Shown: positions 45,160-54,517 of the stretch, in pieces
How the letters are laid out: the number at the start of each line of letters is the position of its first letter
Numbering within the stretch: position 1 is the stretch's first letter
IMG/VR virus record: IMGVR_UViG_3300020595_000028
Span: 4,955 to 68,954 of that record
Reading direction: 5' to 3' (one strand)
Source: a virus
DNA: 64,000 nt
Position numbers and translations under genes: made by a program
The notes under the pieces: model-generated
Told to the model about the DNA's origin: nothing
Seen by the model: the letters and a program-made list of their open reading frames with translations, nothing else
Databases searched by the model: none

Positions 45160-47005
45160 TTATACAATCGCCGCAAGTCATGATGTCTACACCCAAAGCT
45201 TTAGGTGCTTCTTCAAAACAGCGCATGATGATTTCTCTAGCTTGTTCTGCTTGGTCCTCACGAACTTCGTAAGTAACCTCGTCGTGGTAGAATAGTAGTA
45301 TGCTTTGGTCAAGACCAGCCTTAGCTAGCTCTTCCTCAATCATGATGATAGTATACTTCATAACAACAGCTTCAGCACCTTGAATGAGGTAGTTAAGTGC
45401 TTTGTGTTGTGACTCAGTGTAGATAGGTCTGTCATCTAGACCGGGAATGAATCCTTGTTGGTCTACGATGTTCTTAACCTTATCAATCAACGAACCCAGA
45501 GCAGGGAACGCAGCAGTGAACTTCTTCTTTAGTTTGTTACCCTCTCTGTCACTGACACCAAGGATAGAACCAAGCTTCTTACCACCTGCACCATAGAGGT
45601 ATGCAAAGATAAAGGGCTTAGCGTCGTTACGAGAACAACCGAGAATGTCTGCGTTCTTCTGGTGAATATCACCTTCAAGAACTTCTCGTGTATAGTTGTC
45701 GTCTCCCATGAAGTGAGCTAGTAGTCTAAGCTGACAACCAGCAGAGTCAGCACTAACAAGTTTATATCCTGGACGAGCTATGAATAGCTTTCTAATTTCA
45801 GGGCCGAGTACCGCTTTACCAGAAGGTAAGTTAGCGATAATCTTGTGTGTCTGGCGGAAGGTGGGGGTTCCTATGGAGAACACATCACCGTGTAGTCTTG
45901 AGTTCTCATCGATATGGGGGAACCAGCCCTTCATAATAGAATAACGACTACGTAGAGTATAGTACTCAGACAGAACTTCGCCTACCCTTCCGAGTGGTGC
46001 CAAGGAACTGTCGGACAACTTTGCTGAGACTTTGACGAACTGTCCATCGATTTTCTTCCAGTTCCATTCGTCTGGTTTCCATCCAATAGTGTAAAGATAC
46101 TCTTTGACAGTATTTGTGTTACCGACATCACCACCCACAAACTCAATGCGGCAATAAGGACCATCAACTGGGAGTTCTCTTGGAGTATCGATGCCAAGGT
46201 TACTGTCAGCAGGGATGCCAAACCAACGCTTAGTGTGACTATCAAGTTTGCCTGTCTTCGTAAACTTCGGAGACTTTGACGGTATTTCCGTTGGTATTCC
46301 ATCAGCTATTTCCTTTCTAGCCTTTACTACAGAACCATCAGGAGACGACACCATCTGACCTAGTAGGCCATTAATGTAAATCTCGTGAGAGTTCATACGT
46401 TCTTCTAAGGTCTTCATCAGAGCCTCTGCTGCTTCTTTGTCGAAGAGCCAGCCGTTCTGACACTGCTTAACCATGATGCGGTCCATCTCCATCTCAGAGC
46501 GCAAAGCCCCTAGAATAGCTTTAGAACCGAAGTGTTTAATAGCTACTTTGGTTTCCCGCAGTAGTTCTTTGTATACCTTTGTGCCAAGGAGAACATCTTG
46601 TTGCATGTACACAAACATGTCTTCGTTGTACTCTTCAAAGCCCCCTGTGTAGTCTCCCTTCTGGTCTCCGAAGAAGTTACCCCACTGTTTAAGTGAGTGG
46701 CCGAAGCCGAAGCGAGTGTAGCACAGAACCTGAGACATAACCTTAGTACACTGCACTGTAGCTTTAGGTTCCCAAGGCTTGTTGAAGTATATCTTAGATA
46801 GGATGTTAAGAGCAGGGATGTCGTAGCCAAAGGCGTTATGGGCTACAATAACTTTTGCTTTATCTAACAGGTCAAGGAACTCTTGTAATTGGCCTGGTTT
46901 AAACCAATATTCCTCTCCTGTATCTGCGTCTTGAGCACCAGCACAGTGGAAGGTGGTTAGTCCAGGCAACAAGTTGTTACCTTCGATATCAAATACAAGT
47001 TTCAT
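45131..47005 (-). CDS. DNA polymerase, family A (T7 gp5-like)
   Basis: FDIE exo I, AHN..YD, D..G.QLRLLAH motif A, R..AK.FIFAYLYG motif B, YHDE motif C. Confidence 0.93.
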   Translation of the reverse strand: MKLVFDIEGNNLLPGLTTFHCAGAQDADTGEEYWFKPGQLQEFLDLLDKAKVIVAHNAFGYDIPALNILSKIYFNKPWEPKATVQCTKVMSQVLCYTRFGFGHSLKQWGNFFGDQKGDYTGGFEEYNEDMFVYMQQDVLLGTKVYKELLRETKVAIKHFGSKAILGALRSEMEMDRIMVKQCQNGWLFDKEAAEALMKTLEERMNSHEIYINGLLGQMVSSPDGSVVKARKEIADGIPTEIPSKSPKFTKTGKLDSHTKRWFGIPADSNLGIDTPRELPVDGPYCRIEFVGGDVGNTNTVKEYLYTIGWKPDEWNWKKIDGQFVKVSAKLSDSSLAPLGRVGEVLSEYYTLRSRYSIMKGWFPHIDENSRLHGDVFSIGTPTFRQTHKIIANLPSGKAVLGPEIRKLFIARPGYKLVSADSAGCQLRLLAHFMGDDNYTREVLEGDIHQKNADILGCSRNDAKPFIFAYLYGAGGKKLGSILGVSDREGNKLKKKFTAAFPALGSLIDKVKNIVDQQGFIPGLDDRPIYTESQHKALNYLIQGAEAVVMKYTIIMIEEELAKAGLDQSILLFYHDEVTYEVREDQAEQAREIIMRCFEEAPKALGVDIMTCGDCIIGDDYYECH

Positions 47006-47196
47006 AAGATTTCCTAGCTTACTTGTGTTTCGGGTTTATTGGTCGTAGTATTCGTCTTGAACACGGTACTCTGCATCTCTAACCATGTCTAAGGCCATGT
47101 TAGCCTTGTGGACGGCTTGGTGTATAGAGATGTCGATGTTGCGCTCTCTGAGGCTCTCTGCGGCCTTACGGATGATACGTGAGTCAGGGGATACCT

Positions 47197-47418
47197 TCAT
47201 ACGAAATTTCCTTCTACAAAGTCAGGGTAGTCTTTTATGTCTCGATTTGCCCAAGCTAACTCGAACGCTTCGTCACAGTTAAACGCCTCGTGGTTGCCCC
47301 AGAGACGCTTAATGTAGGATTCGTACATCTTATCTACATCTTCTTGGGAGTACTCGAAAGGAATCAAGGAACCTTTAACAGCGTAGAATACTCTATTTGC
47401 TTCTTTCTCGTCAACCAT
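47197..47418 (-). CDS. Hypothetical protein
   Basis: ORF with RBS. Confidence 0.5.
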   Translation of the reverse strand: MVDEKEANRVFYAVKGSLIPFEYSQEDVDKMYESYIKRLWGNHEAFNCDEAFELAWANRDIKDYPDFVEGNFV

Positions 47419-47419
47419 G

Positions 47420-48091
47420 TTATCCTCCTTTGACAGTGTTAACTAACCTCGTTGCATACCATTCAATTTTCTTAGCGTCTTGTTCCATCGCATCTTTCTT
47501 ACCGACACGAAGGGTGTACTTAAGTATCTGACCTACAAGGTGTGCCTCTACGCCACTTAGGTGAGCAAGAGCCTTGTCACAAAGGTCCATATATTCGATA
47601 CCGTTAGGGTAGGCAGAGTAGTCTTCTTTGGAGAAGAGCTTGTAGTGTTTAGGGTTGATGATGGCCTCTTGTAGTGCTGCCTCCATATCAGAGAAGTCAC
47701 CGTGGAAGTCTGGCTTGTCGTCCGCTTCTTTGTAGCTTCTTGTCATAAAGTCTCCGTGGCTTTCCTGTGGTTCTACAACTTCCATGCCATCTGCTTCTTG
47801 TGCAATACGTCCGAGAATACGGTTCTTAAACATTTCTTCTTCCTCATCTGCTTCTTGCTGTTCGTTATATCGTAGGTTCATAAGATGTTCTGACCAACGC
47901 TGTATACCTTCAATATCGGTAATGTAGCGTAAAGCGCCAATATCGTTGTCTATTACTACAATTTCAACAAAGCCTAGTGACTTTCCATGATGAAACAAGT
48001 CGATAGCTTCTTGCCAGTTAGTAGTGTCGGAGGCGCATAGCCATTGGCTATAATCATCAAATACGGTGATTGTGTATTTGTAAGTTTCCAT
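47420..48091 (-). CDS. DUF3310 / T7 gp1.7-like C-terminal domain protein
   Basis: INPKHY, KY..R.GKKD...QD.KK..WY. Confidence 0.7.
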   Translation of the reverse strand: METYKYTITVFDDYSQWLCASDTTNWQEAIDLFHHGKSLGFVEIVVIDNDIGALRYITDIEGIQRWSEHLMNLRYNEQQEADEEEEMFKNRILGRIAQEADGMEVVEPQESHGDFMTRSYKEADDKPDFHGDFSDMEAALQEAIINPKHYKLFSKEDYSAYPNGIEYMDLCDKALAHLSGVEAHLVGQILKYTLRVGKKDAMEQDAKKIEWYATRLVNTVKGG

Positions 48092-48453
48092 TAGTAAGCT
48101 CCCATGATTGGTTTTTGATTTAGACCGAGACGCAATATAGCGTACTCAGCAGTATCTATAGGTTCTTCCGTATCCTTCACAACGAAAGAAGAATACTTAT
48201 AAGGGTTGTAGGTTATTGCCCTTGGTACTGTAGTGGTGTCTACTGCTTCTACAACATAACCAACTACAAAGGCATGGACATTCTTAGTCTTGTCATTAAT
48301 CACCTTCTCACGTCCTGCTTGTCGTACAACAAACTTTGGTGACTTTAGCACTACTGATTCGACATGACCTATGACTTTTCCATAGGTGTCTTTTTCACGG
48401 GATTGTAGTGAGAAGATGTTCTTGTGTAAGTTGAAGTAAGCTGCTACTTTCAT
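48091..48453 (-). CDS. Conserved phage hypothetical protein
   Basis: YFNLHK..FS, KNVHAFV.G, YNPYK. Confidence 0.6.
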   Translation of the reverse strand: MKVAAYFNLHKNIFSLQSREKDTYGKVIGHVESVVLKSPKFVVRQAGREKVINDKTKNVHAFVVGYVVEAVDTTTVPRAITYNPYKYSSFVVKDTEEPIDTAEYAILRLGLNQKPIMGAY

Positions 48454-48465
48454 TAGTAATGCTCC

Positions 48466-48906
48466 TTATAGTGAATAGTCAATTGCAGCATCAATAGCTG
48501 CCTGCAAAGAGTCGTGCACTTCTGTTGCCATAGCCGTCATAAACGGATTTAGCTTGTCATCGGGGTTTTTGAACATGATGATGATTTTGTTCTTCATATG
48601 TGAGAACATAACCTCCGCTGCTGTTCCTTGCGCCTTGGCGTTAGGGTGGTCACGCATGTCCGTCAACAACACCTCACAACGAGCAATGTCACGAAGGTCT
48701 TGTCGGAAGATGCGGTTAGCGATGTTGTCTGACAACCCTTTGTCATCTAGGCATTGTTCGTGGAAGCTAATCCGACGTGTAGGGTCTAGTACTGGGACAT
48801 CAGCAGCCGCGATTTGTTCGTGAGCAATGTCTCTCCAGCCTTTCATCTCATTTGCAGAGAAGCCAGCCATCGGGCCTGCTAGATATACGCCTTTAAGTAG
48901 TTTCAT
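48466..48906 (-). CDS. Nucleoside 2-deoxyribosyltransferase/N-glycosidase-like protein
   Basis: VYLAGPM, WR, DL.DI..C, GT..E. Confidence 0.8.
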   Translation of the reverse strand: MKLLKGVYLAGPMAGFSANEMKGWRDIAHEQIAAADVPVLDPTRRISFHEQCLDDKGLSDNIANRIFRQDLRDIARCEVLLTDMRDHPNAKAQGTAAEVMFSHMKNKIIIMFKNPDDKLNPFMTAMATEVHDSLQAAIDAAIDYSL

Positions 48907-49280
48907 AGTAAGTACTCCTTTGCTCTCTTGAGCGTTTCGTAATTATCATTAAAGTAACCAAGTCCCCTGTTACACTGGGCACAAATTACACCTCTAACCG
49001 CACCTGTGTGGTGACAGTGGTCAACCACAGCATCTCGTATGGTTCTGGTTTTATCCCCCTGCTCTACTCTACGCATCTCAGAGTTACAGATAACACAAGT
49101 CCAGCCAACAGATTCACCCATCGCGTCTCGCTCTGGTGTAGTAATGCCGTACTTGCTTTTTAGTTGGGAGCATACGTTACAGTCTTTGTAATGTATCTCG
49201 TGGCTGTTAGACCCTACTCTAGGCTCTGGTGTCTTATTCACGCAGCCAGCGTTATGGCATACATGATATTTACGTTTCAT
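48903..49280 (-). CDS. Endonuclease VII-like endonuclease
   Basis: KYGIT, CVIC, VDHCHHTGAVRGVICAQCNRGLG. Confidence 0.85.
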   Translation of the reverse strand: MKRKYHVCHNAGCVNKTPEPRVGSNSHEIHYKDCNVCSQLKSKYGITTPERDAMGESVGWTCVICNSEMRRVEQGDKTRTIRDAVVDHCHHTGAVRGVICAQCNRGLGYFNDNYETLKRAKEYLL

Positions 49281-49437
49281 ATTGTCACCTTTTCTTCTGT
49301 TATAGTTACTTTGTAAACTTCAGCACAGTCATCGTCTAGTGCGTGGAGAGCGATGTCTCGACAGTCTTCGTAATTACCTTCGTATTGAGGTGTACCGTCG
49401 AAGTATACTTCATAGTAGATTTCACGTACTTCCATAG

Positions 49438-50148
49438 TTATTTTCCTTTCATACGATTGTATTGATTGTAGTTAGAACCTGAACCTGTTTTTGTGATATG
49501 GTGCTTATGGTATCCTTCGTCTAAACTTTCTTTGTAGTCTAAGAGTGTTTCCCACAATTTATTGCGCCTATCTATTATGTGTTTTTTTATTACTTTAGGC
49601 TCTATCTCCCTAAGGTGATGTTTGAAGTCTTCGATGAGCGTATTAGGGTCGTCTACATCTTCTTCATATTTAACTAAAAAAGTATCTTTTCCAGGGGGTT
49701 TGCCCTCTAACCGGACGGGGTATCCGTAGTTGGCTTGTTTAGATAGCTTTGTTACATTGTACTCTTTTTGAAACTCAGTTACTTTATACACATAAATAAC
49801 TTCGATATGATTATAAACATAGTAACGCCTAGCGCAATGGAAATCCTTACCACAATAACCTGACAAGTTGTAGAGCGAGTTGCCCCATTCAGAACGACGC
49901 GCGGAGAGTAAGTCTCTTTCAAAAAACCTAACGCTGCGCATACACCCTCTAAAAACTATTTCTCTCTCAAGCAATCCAGAGTTGTAGTCTGCCCAGAACT
50001 CGTTGTTAGATGAGGACGCAATATAACCATCATCAATCTGGTAATTTACATGACTACCTATATATTGCCGACCTGTTTCTTTGTTTGTCCATATATAAAC
50101 AAAGGCTTGTTTTATGTCGTTTAGCCAACGCTTATGTTCCTTATCCAT
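49438..50148 (-). CDS. GIY-YIG-like homing endonuclease
   Basis: FVYIWTN..TG..YIGSH...DGY..SS; likely start MDKEH (track start lies inside terminator). Confidence 0.7.
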   Translation of the reverse strand: MDKEHKRWLNDIKQAFVYIWTNKETGRQYIGSHVNYQIDDGYIASSSNNEFWADYNSGLLEREIVFRGCMRSVRFFERDLLSARRSEWGNSLYNLSGYCGKDFHCARRYYVYNHIEVIYVYKVTEFQKEYNVTKLSKQANYGYPVRLEGKPPGKDTFLVKYEEDVDDPNTLIEDFKHHLREIEPKVIKKHIIDRRNKLWETLLDYKESLDEGYHKHHITKTGSGSNYNQYNRMKGK

Positions 50149-50166
50149 AATAGTCTCCAATTTGAT

Positions 50167-50194
50167 AAAAAAGGCCACCCCCGAAGGGATGACC
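50167..50194 (-). terminator. Rho-independent terminator after SSB
   Basis: GGTCATCCC-TTCG-GGGGTGGCC-TTTTTT. Confidence 0.85.
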
Positions 50195-50215
50195 GATTGA
50201 TTCGATTCTTAGTCG

Positions 50216-50755
50216 TTAAAAGTCCAAGTCATCCTCAATGTCGCCACCGAGCATGTCAGCATCAACGTCTTGGTTGTCTGCTACCTTGTTTACTTTAAAC
50301 TCTACTGGAGCGAAGCCACCTTGCTTTGGGGCAGCTTTGTATTCATTAAGTGTAGTAATCTGTACACCCATCAACATAGAAGCTACACCTTCTTTACCAG
50401 AGACATTGTAGTCATACTGGAATACAGAGAGGTTAGCAATAGAGCCGTTACCGATAGTAGAAGGGTCAACAGGTGACAAGTCACCAGCAACAACGTTTAC
50501 AGGTGCCATATCGGAACCATCACGCTTCTTAGACTTCTTCTTTAGGTTAGTGCGGTAGAATACACCATCGTCGTTCTCATCTGGAGTAACGCGAAGGTTC
50601 TGTTCTTTCCAAGACTTAGCCACAGCCTTGTCTTTAGTACGAATCTGAACTTCCCATGTAGGGTTCTCTTTGTCGAAGCGAGAGTTAGGGTTTGCTGGGT
50701 CTAGTTTAGCAAAGAAAAGTTCAACGTTAGACAGGATGATTGTGTTGTTAGCCAT
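50216..50755 (-). CDS. Single-stranded DNA-binding protein (T7 gp2.5-like)
   Basis: IGNGS, L.GVQI..L.EY, acidic tail ending DDLDF. Confidence 0.8.
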   Translation of the reverse strand: MANNTIILSNVELFFAKLDPANPNSRFDKENPTWEVQIRTKDKAVAKSWKEQNLRVTPDENDDGVFYRTNLKKKSKKRDGSDMAPVNVVAGDLSPVDPSTIGNGSIANLSVFQYDYNVSGKEGVASMLMGVQITTLNEYKAAPKQGGFAPVEFKVNKVADNQDVDADMLGGDIEDDLDF

Positions 50756-50817
50756 GATATTTCTTCCTTTTGGGATATATTTGAGATTTGTTTTGTGTGT
50801 GTTTGGACCAGTATTAG

Positions 50818-50836
50818 TCATTATTCCGCCCTATTT
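50818..50836 (-). promoter_or_regulatory. Class II phage promoter-like repeat, first copy downstream of RNAP gene
   Basis: AAATAGGGCGGAATAATGAC. Confidence 0.75.
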
Positions 50837-51034
50837 TGGGCCTTATTTTAATCGACGAAAGTCCACTCGCCGTAGTCTTCCATGTGTAGTTCTGCGTAGA
50901 ACTCATCGTCAGTCATAGGGTGAACCATGACCTTAATTACCTCTACCATAGGTACACCTGCTTCATCGCCATATTCGATGCCGATAATCTTTACAGTGTC
51001 GATAGTATCACCAAAGGCTACATTGCGGTATGAC

Positions 51035-53278
51035 TTAGGCAAAGGCGAAGTCGGATTGGATGATTTCTGAGACATCAAGATTTCCTTTTTCTGGGATTAA
51101 GTGTGCGGATTGCATCTGTTCAAAGATGTGTTCCAAGGGGTTTTTGTCGTATAGCTCTACAAAGTGCCTACGCACATCATAGAACGCTTGTTCCATGTTA
51201 CCAGCGTGACAACCGAAAGAGTCATGCACAACAGTAACAGGATAGTCTGTATCGTGGATAAACATAGACAAGTGTACTGCATCTAAGCTATGAACGATAT
51301 TAGGTGGTGCTGACTGTGTTTGTTTGTCTTTATTAAGTGTAGCATTTTCCCACAGAGTAAACTCTAGCTCCATGCGTACACCATTGTGTTTTAGCTTAAC
51401 AGTCTTATTAACACCCTTGCGATAGGCATGAACAAAAGGTAAACCCGTGATTATCTGGCGGAATGCGATAGGCTTGCCTGTAAAGACCTCGCCATCTTCG
51501 TCGTGCCACTCACGGTTATTCTCGTGTTCACCTAGAGCCTCAAACATACGCAGCATCTTAGCTGGACCTTCAAGCTCTCTATAGCAAGTCTCGTAAATCA
51601 TGTCGCCAAGATAGGCAGACCACGACTTGTGCTTATCTCGTAAGTAGGTTGAGATGTCGCGTGTATCATCGTGTACTTGTTCTACCATACCGTATTTAAC
51701 GGCACCGTAGCCTAGTGTCATAACGGGGCGCTTAACAGTCTTGCGCCATGTCTTAGGGTTCTTAATGTTGTACCAGTAGAGTGGTGCAAACTTCTTTAGA
51801 GCGTCTCGTTTAGCATTACCGAAAGCACTACGCCTTTGGATGGCCTGAGAGAACAACTCTGAACGAGAATTAACAGAGTGTTTATTTACCGATTGTTCCA
51901 ATGCTACGAAGTCATCATATAGTTCTTTAAATGCTTCGGCATTGCCCTCTTCTTCAAGAAGCTTTTCTGCATCAACGTTGACTTGCCCAATTACTTTGTC
52001 TGCAATAAACATGTATACATCACCTGGAAGGTCTTGTGGGACTAAGTTAACCAGTGGTGCTACAAGCTCATCTTTAGACATGGCGACTAGGTGTTGGACG
52101 CCGTTGTTAGAACCGTCAATGTAGATAGGTAGGCATGATGGGAAGTCTTCTGTGTTGTTACCTTCTCCAACCCAATCCTGTAGTAGTTTTAGTTCGTTGC
52201 AACATGCAAGGAAACAGAAAGGTTTGTCTGCATCCATCCAGTCGTCATTAACAATAGGGTCATTGACATAACTTATAATCTTGTCAAAGTTATCTTGAAC
52301 CCAAGTAGCACGGTCATCAAGCGAGACTTTGTCGTTGCCCCACATATTAGCCGTGTGTACTGATAGCCAGTAGTAACCGTTGTCTCCTAGAGGTATGGGC
52401 GCGTCGAGCAGTAGAAGCCCTTTGGCGTTGTCTGAGGATTGTTCATGTAGAAACGCAGTGTTAGGGTATATGCGACCACGAAAGTCAACATTATACAGAT
52501 GATAGAAAGCATTATTCAAGTTCCTTTCTGCTAACTTTTCGATAGCTCTTGCTTCGATTTCTAGTGATGCACGTTTGGTAGGGTCTACTTCTTTCTTAAA
52601 CTTAAAGGGTGTTTTCTTAGAAGTTAAGAAAGTACATTGTTTAAATACATCAAACACAAAGGGGTTAATGCTCCAACCTGTCTTGTTTAGTTTGTTCAAG
52701 GTTTCAATTAAGTACTCAGTACCCCCTTCTTTACAAGCAGCAATAGCATCTTCGTGGGGGGCTTTTTTAATAAGGGTGTATCCGCTCTCATGGTAGTATT
52801 TCCCAACAACCCAATCAGCAGGAGCTACGGGTGCAGGGAACATTTCGGTGCTGTCGTCCTCAATAGACTCCATCACGTTGTTTAAGGCTTCAGCATCTTC
52901 AACTCGAACATGGTAGGACGAGTGCTTGCTTAGTTTTCCGTTCTTCTTCTTCTTACGCTTCTTAACGATTGATACTATGTTGGTGTCGATGTAGGCTAAG
53001 AATATAAACCAACCGAGGTGGATTGCGTCTAATTCGTTAAACCTTAGTTTGTACTTTCTATTTATACTATTACCAACCGACGATAGAATGTTTGTTAATT
53101 CAGACATAACTTCGATTTTAGTAAGGATGTGTCCGTAGGTAAAACTTATCATCTCTTGGGGGTCTTTGTCGAACAAAGGCCAAGGGGTGTTACGCTTGTC
53201 AGGCTTCTCACCCTTTAAGTCCAGTAGATAACCTTGTCGTTCTTTAATGTTATCACAGAGGGTTCCCATCGCGTTCAT
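51035..53278 (-). CDS. T7-like single-subunit DNA-directed RNA polymerase
   Basis: DFRGRIY, DGSNNGVQH (motif A), RKTVKRPVMTLGYG (motif B), PNIVHSLDA, VHDSFG (motif C), C-terminal DFAFA as in T7. Confidence 0.95.
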   Translation of the reverse strand: MNAMGTLCDNIKERQGYLLDLKGEKPDKRNTPWPLFDKDPQEMISFTYGHILTKIEVMSELTNILSSVGNSINRKYKLRFNELDAIHLGWFIFLAYIDTNIVSIVKKRKKKKNGKLSKHSSYHVRVEDAEALNNVMESIEDDSTEMFPAPVAPADWVVGKYYHESGYTLIKKAPHEDAIAACKEGGTEYLIETLNKLNKTGWSINPFVFDVFKQCTFLTSKKTPFKFKKEVDPTKRASLEIEARAIEKLAERNLNNAFYHLYNVDFRGRIYPNTAFLHEQSSDNAKGLLLLDAPIPLGDNGYYWLSVHTANMWGNDKVSLDDRATWVQDNFDKIISYVNDPIVNDDWMDADKPFCFLACCNELKLLQDWVGEGNNTEDFPSCLPIYIDGSNNGVQHLVAMSKDELVAPLVNLVPQDLPGDVYMFIADKVIGQVNVDAEKLLEEEGNAEAFKELYDDFVALEQSVNKHSVNSRSELFSQAIQRRSAFGNAKRDALKKFAPLYWYNIKNPKTWRKTVKRPVMTLGYGAVKYGMVEQVHDDTRDISTYLRDKHKSWSAYLGDMIYETCYRELEGPAKMLRMFEALGEHENNREWHDEDGEVFTGKPIAFRQIITGLPFVHAYRKGVNKTVKLKHNGVRMELEFTLWENATLNKDKQTQSAPPNIVHSLDAVHLSMFIHDTDYPVTVVHDSFGCHAGNMEQAFYDVRRHFVELYDKNPLEHIFEQMQSAHLIPEKGNLDVSEIIQSDFAFA

Positions 53279-53455
53279 TAGCTATTCCTTCTAGGGGGGT
53301 GTGGACATGGTGCCAAAGAGACACTCCACAGGTTAAGGAGTCTATAACTATATTTAGTCTTCGAGTTTCCCTGAAATACCGAGGGCGCAAACGATTACAA
53401 AAAATACAGTCATCATAATTTAGTTACTTTCAAAAAAAAATAAGGGAAGTAAAAT

Positions 53456-53483
53456 GCCCCACCACCCCGAAGGGCAGCAGGGC
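53456..53483 (-). terminator. G.U-rich UUCG hairpin ending the early region
   Basis: GCCCTGCTGCCC-TTCG-GGGTGGTGGGGC followed by T-rich tract. Confidence 0.65.
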
Positions 53484-53497
53484 GATTGGGGGGGGGG

Positions 53498-53749
53498 TTA
53501 ACCGTTCATTCGTGGGTTGTTTGTGTCTAATGTCTTAACCCAGTTGTTGATGCTTGCTTCACAGCAACCAACGCGTGCTGCAGCTTGTTTTACAGTAATC
53601 TCGCGGTCTACGACTTGACTTGCGGTAGTAACACGGGTGCGGTTATCCCAAGCACGAGAGCCGTCTGTCTTTCGGTGTGGAAGACCCTGTGTTAGGATGT
53701 AGTTGGATTTTGTGAAAAAGCTATTGATGTTGTCGTTACGAGTAGCCAT
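53498..53749 (-). CDS. Helix-turn-helix DNA-binding protein
   Basis: TVKQAAARVGCCEASINNWV. Confidence 0.65.
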   Translation of the reverse strand: MATRNDNINSFFTKSNYILTQGLPHRKTDGSRAWDNRTRVTTASQVVDREITVKQAAARVGCCEASINNWVKTLDTNNPRMNG

Positions 53750-53903
53750 GTGGTATTCTCCGATATGAAAGATTGATTAGGTTTAGTCGTTTGTTACGTC
53801 TTGATAGGTATGACCCCATTTGGCGTCAATTGCTTTTACGAGTTCGCTAAAAGAAATAGAGTCCAAGAACTCTTTTGATTTACGATACTCTTTAAGTTGT
53901 TTC

Positions 53904-54134
53904 TTAGTCATTTGTTTCTTCCTTTTGTGTTTCCTTTAGCTCGGCCTCGTAAGCATCCAAAGCAGCATCAAGAGCATCCTCAACAGCATCATAATAAGCA
54001 TTCCAAGCATCACGAGCAGCAGTCTCAGCAGCATCAACAGCAGCATCACAAACAACCCAAGCAGCATCTAAAGCAGCCTCATAAGCAGCACAAGCAGCAT
54101 TACAAGCAGCCTTCAGTTCTTCTGGTTTAGTCAT
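53904..54134 (-). CDS. Ala-rich mini-gene family member 5
   Basis: MTKPEELKAA...DAYEAELKETQKEETND. Confidence 0.65.
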   Translation of the reverse strand: MTKPEELKAACNAACAAYEAALDAAWVVCDAAVDAAETAARDAWNAYYDAVEDALDAALDAYEAELKETQKEETND

Positions 54135-54294
54135 CTTCCTTATCCTTTGTCTTATTTAGCTCAGCTTCGTAAGCAGCCCAAGCAGCATCCCAAGCATCAG
54201 CGTAAGCATCATAAGCAACAGCATCATAAGCAACAGCATCATAAGCAGCCCAAGCATCAGCCTCAGCAGCCTTCAGCTCTTCTAGCCTAGTCAT
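54127..54294 (-). CDS. Ala-rich mini-gene family member 6
   Basis: MTRLEELKAA...AAWAAYEAELNKTKDKEDD. Confidence 0.65.
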   Translation of the reverse strand: MTRLEELKAAEADAWAAYDAVAYDAVAYDAYADAWDAAWAAYEAELNKTKDKEDD

Positions 54295-54472
54295 TTGTAG
54301 CTTCCTTTGCTTTTGGTGTACCCAGTAGAAGTAGCAAGATAATGCCACCGATAGGGAAGATGATGATGCTTAGAATAGCCCAAGCCATTCCGTTACGGTT
54401 ACGCTTTTCAGCCATAGTATGAATCAACCAACCTAGTAGACCCCAGACGATTAGTACAATAAGAATTTCCAT
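54287..54472 (-). CDS. Small 2-TM membrane protein
   Basis: A.KRNR..W..L..I.P; hydrophobic. Confidence 0.6.
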   Translation of the reverse strand: MEILIVLIVWGLLGWLIHTMAEKRNRNGMAWAILSIIIFPIGGIILLLLLGTPKAKEATND

Positions 54473-54517
54473 GATAGTTCTCCGATATGTTTTGAATGAA
54501 GTGGAAGTTAGTTTAGT

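Noticed and set aside
34231-47005. Group I introns or inteins in DNA polymerase, primase or RNR
   Set aside because: These ORFs are continuous and of normal length; the endonucleases are free-standing.
53897-54130. His/Gln-rich plus-strand ORF that looks like a metal-binding peptide
   Set aside because: It is the reverse complement of the GCT/GAT-rich Ala repeat gene.
42469-54294. Diversity-generating retroelement explanation for the Ala-rich or HREDGPA repeats
   Set aside because: No reverse transcriptase in the window and no TR/VR pair differing only at adenines; variation includes indels.
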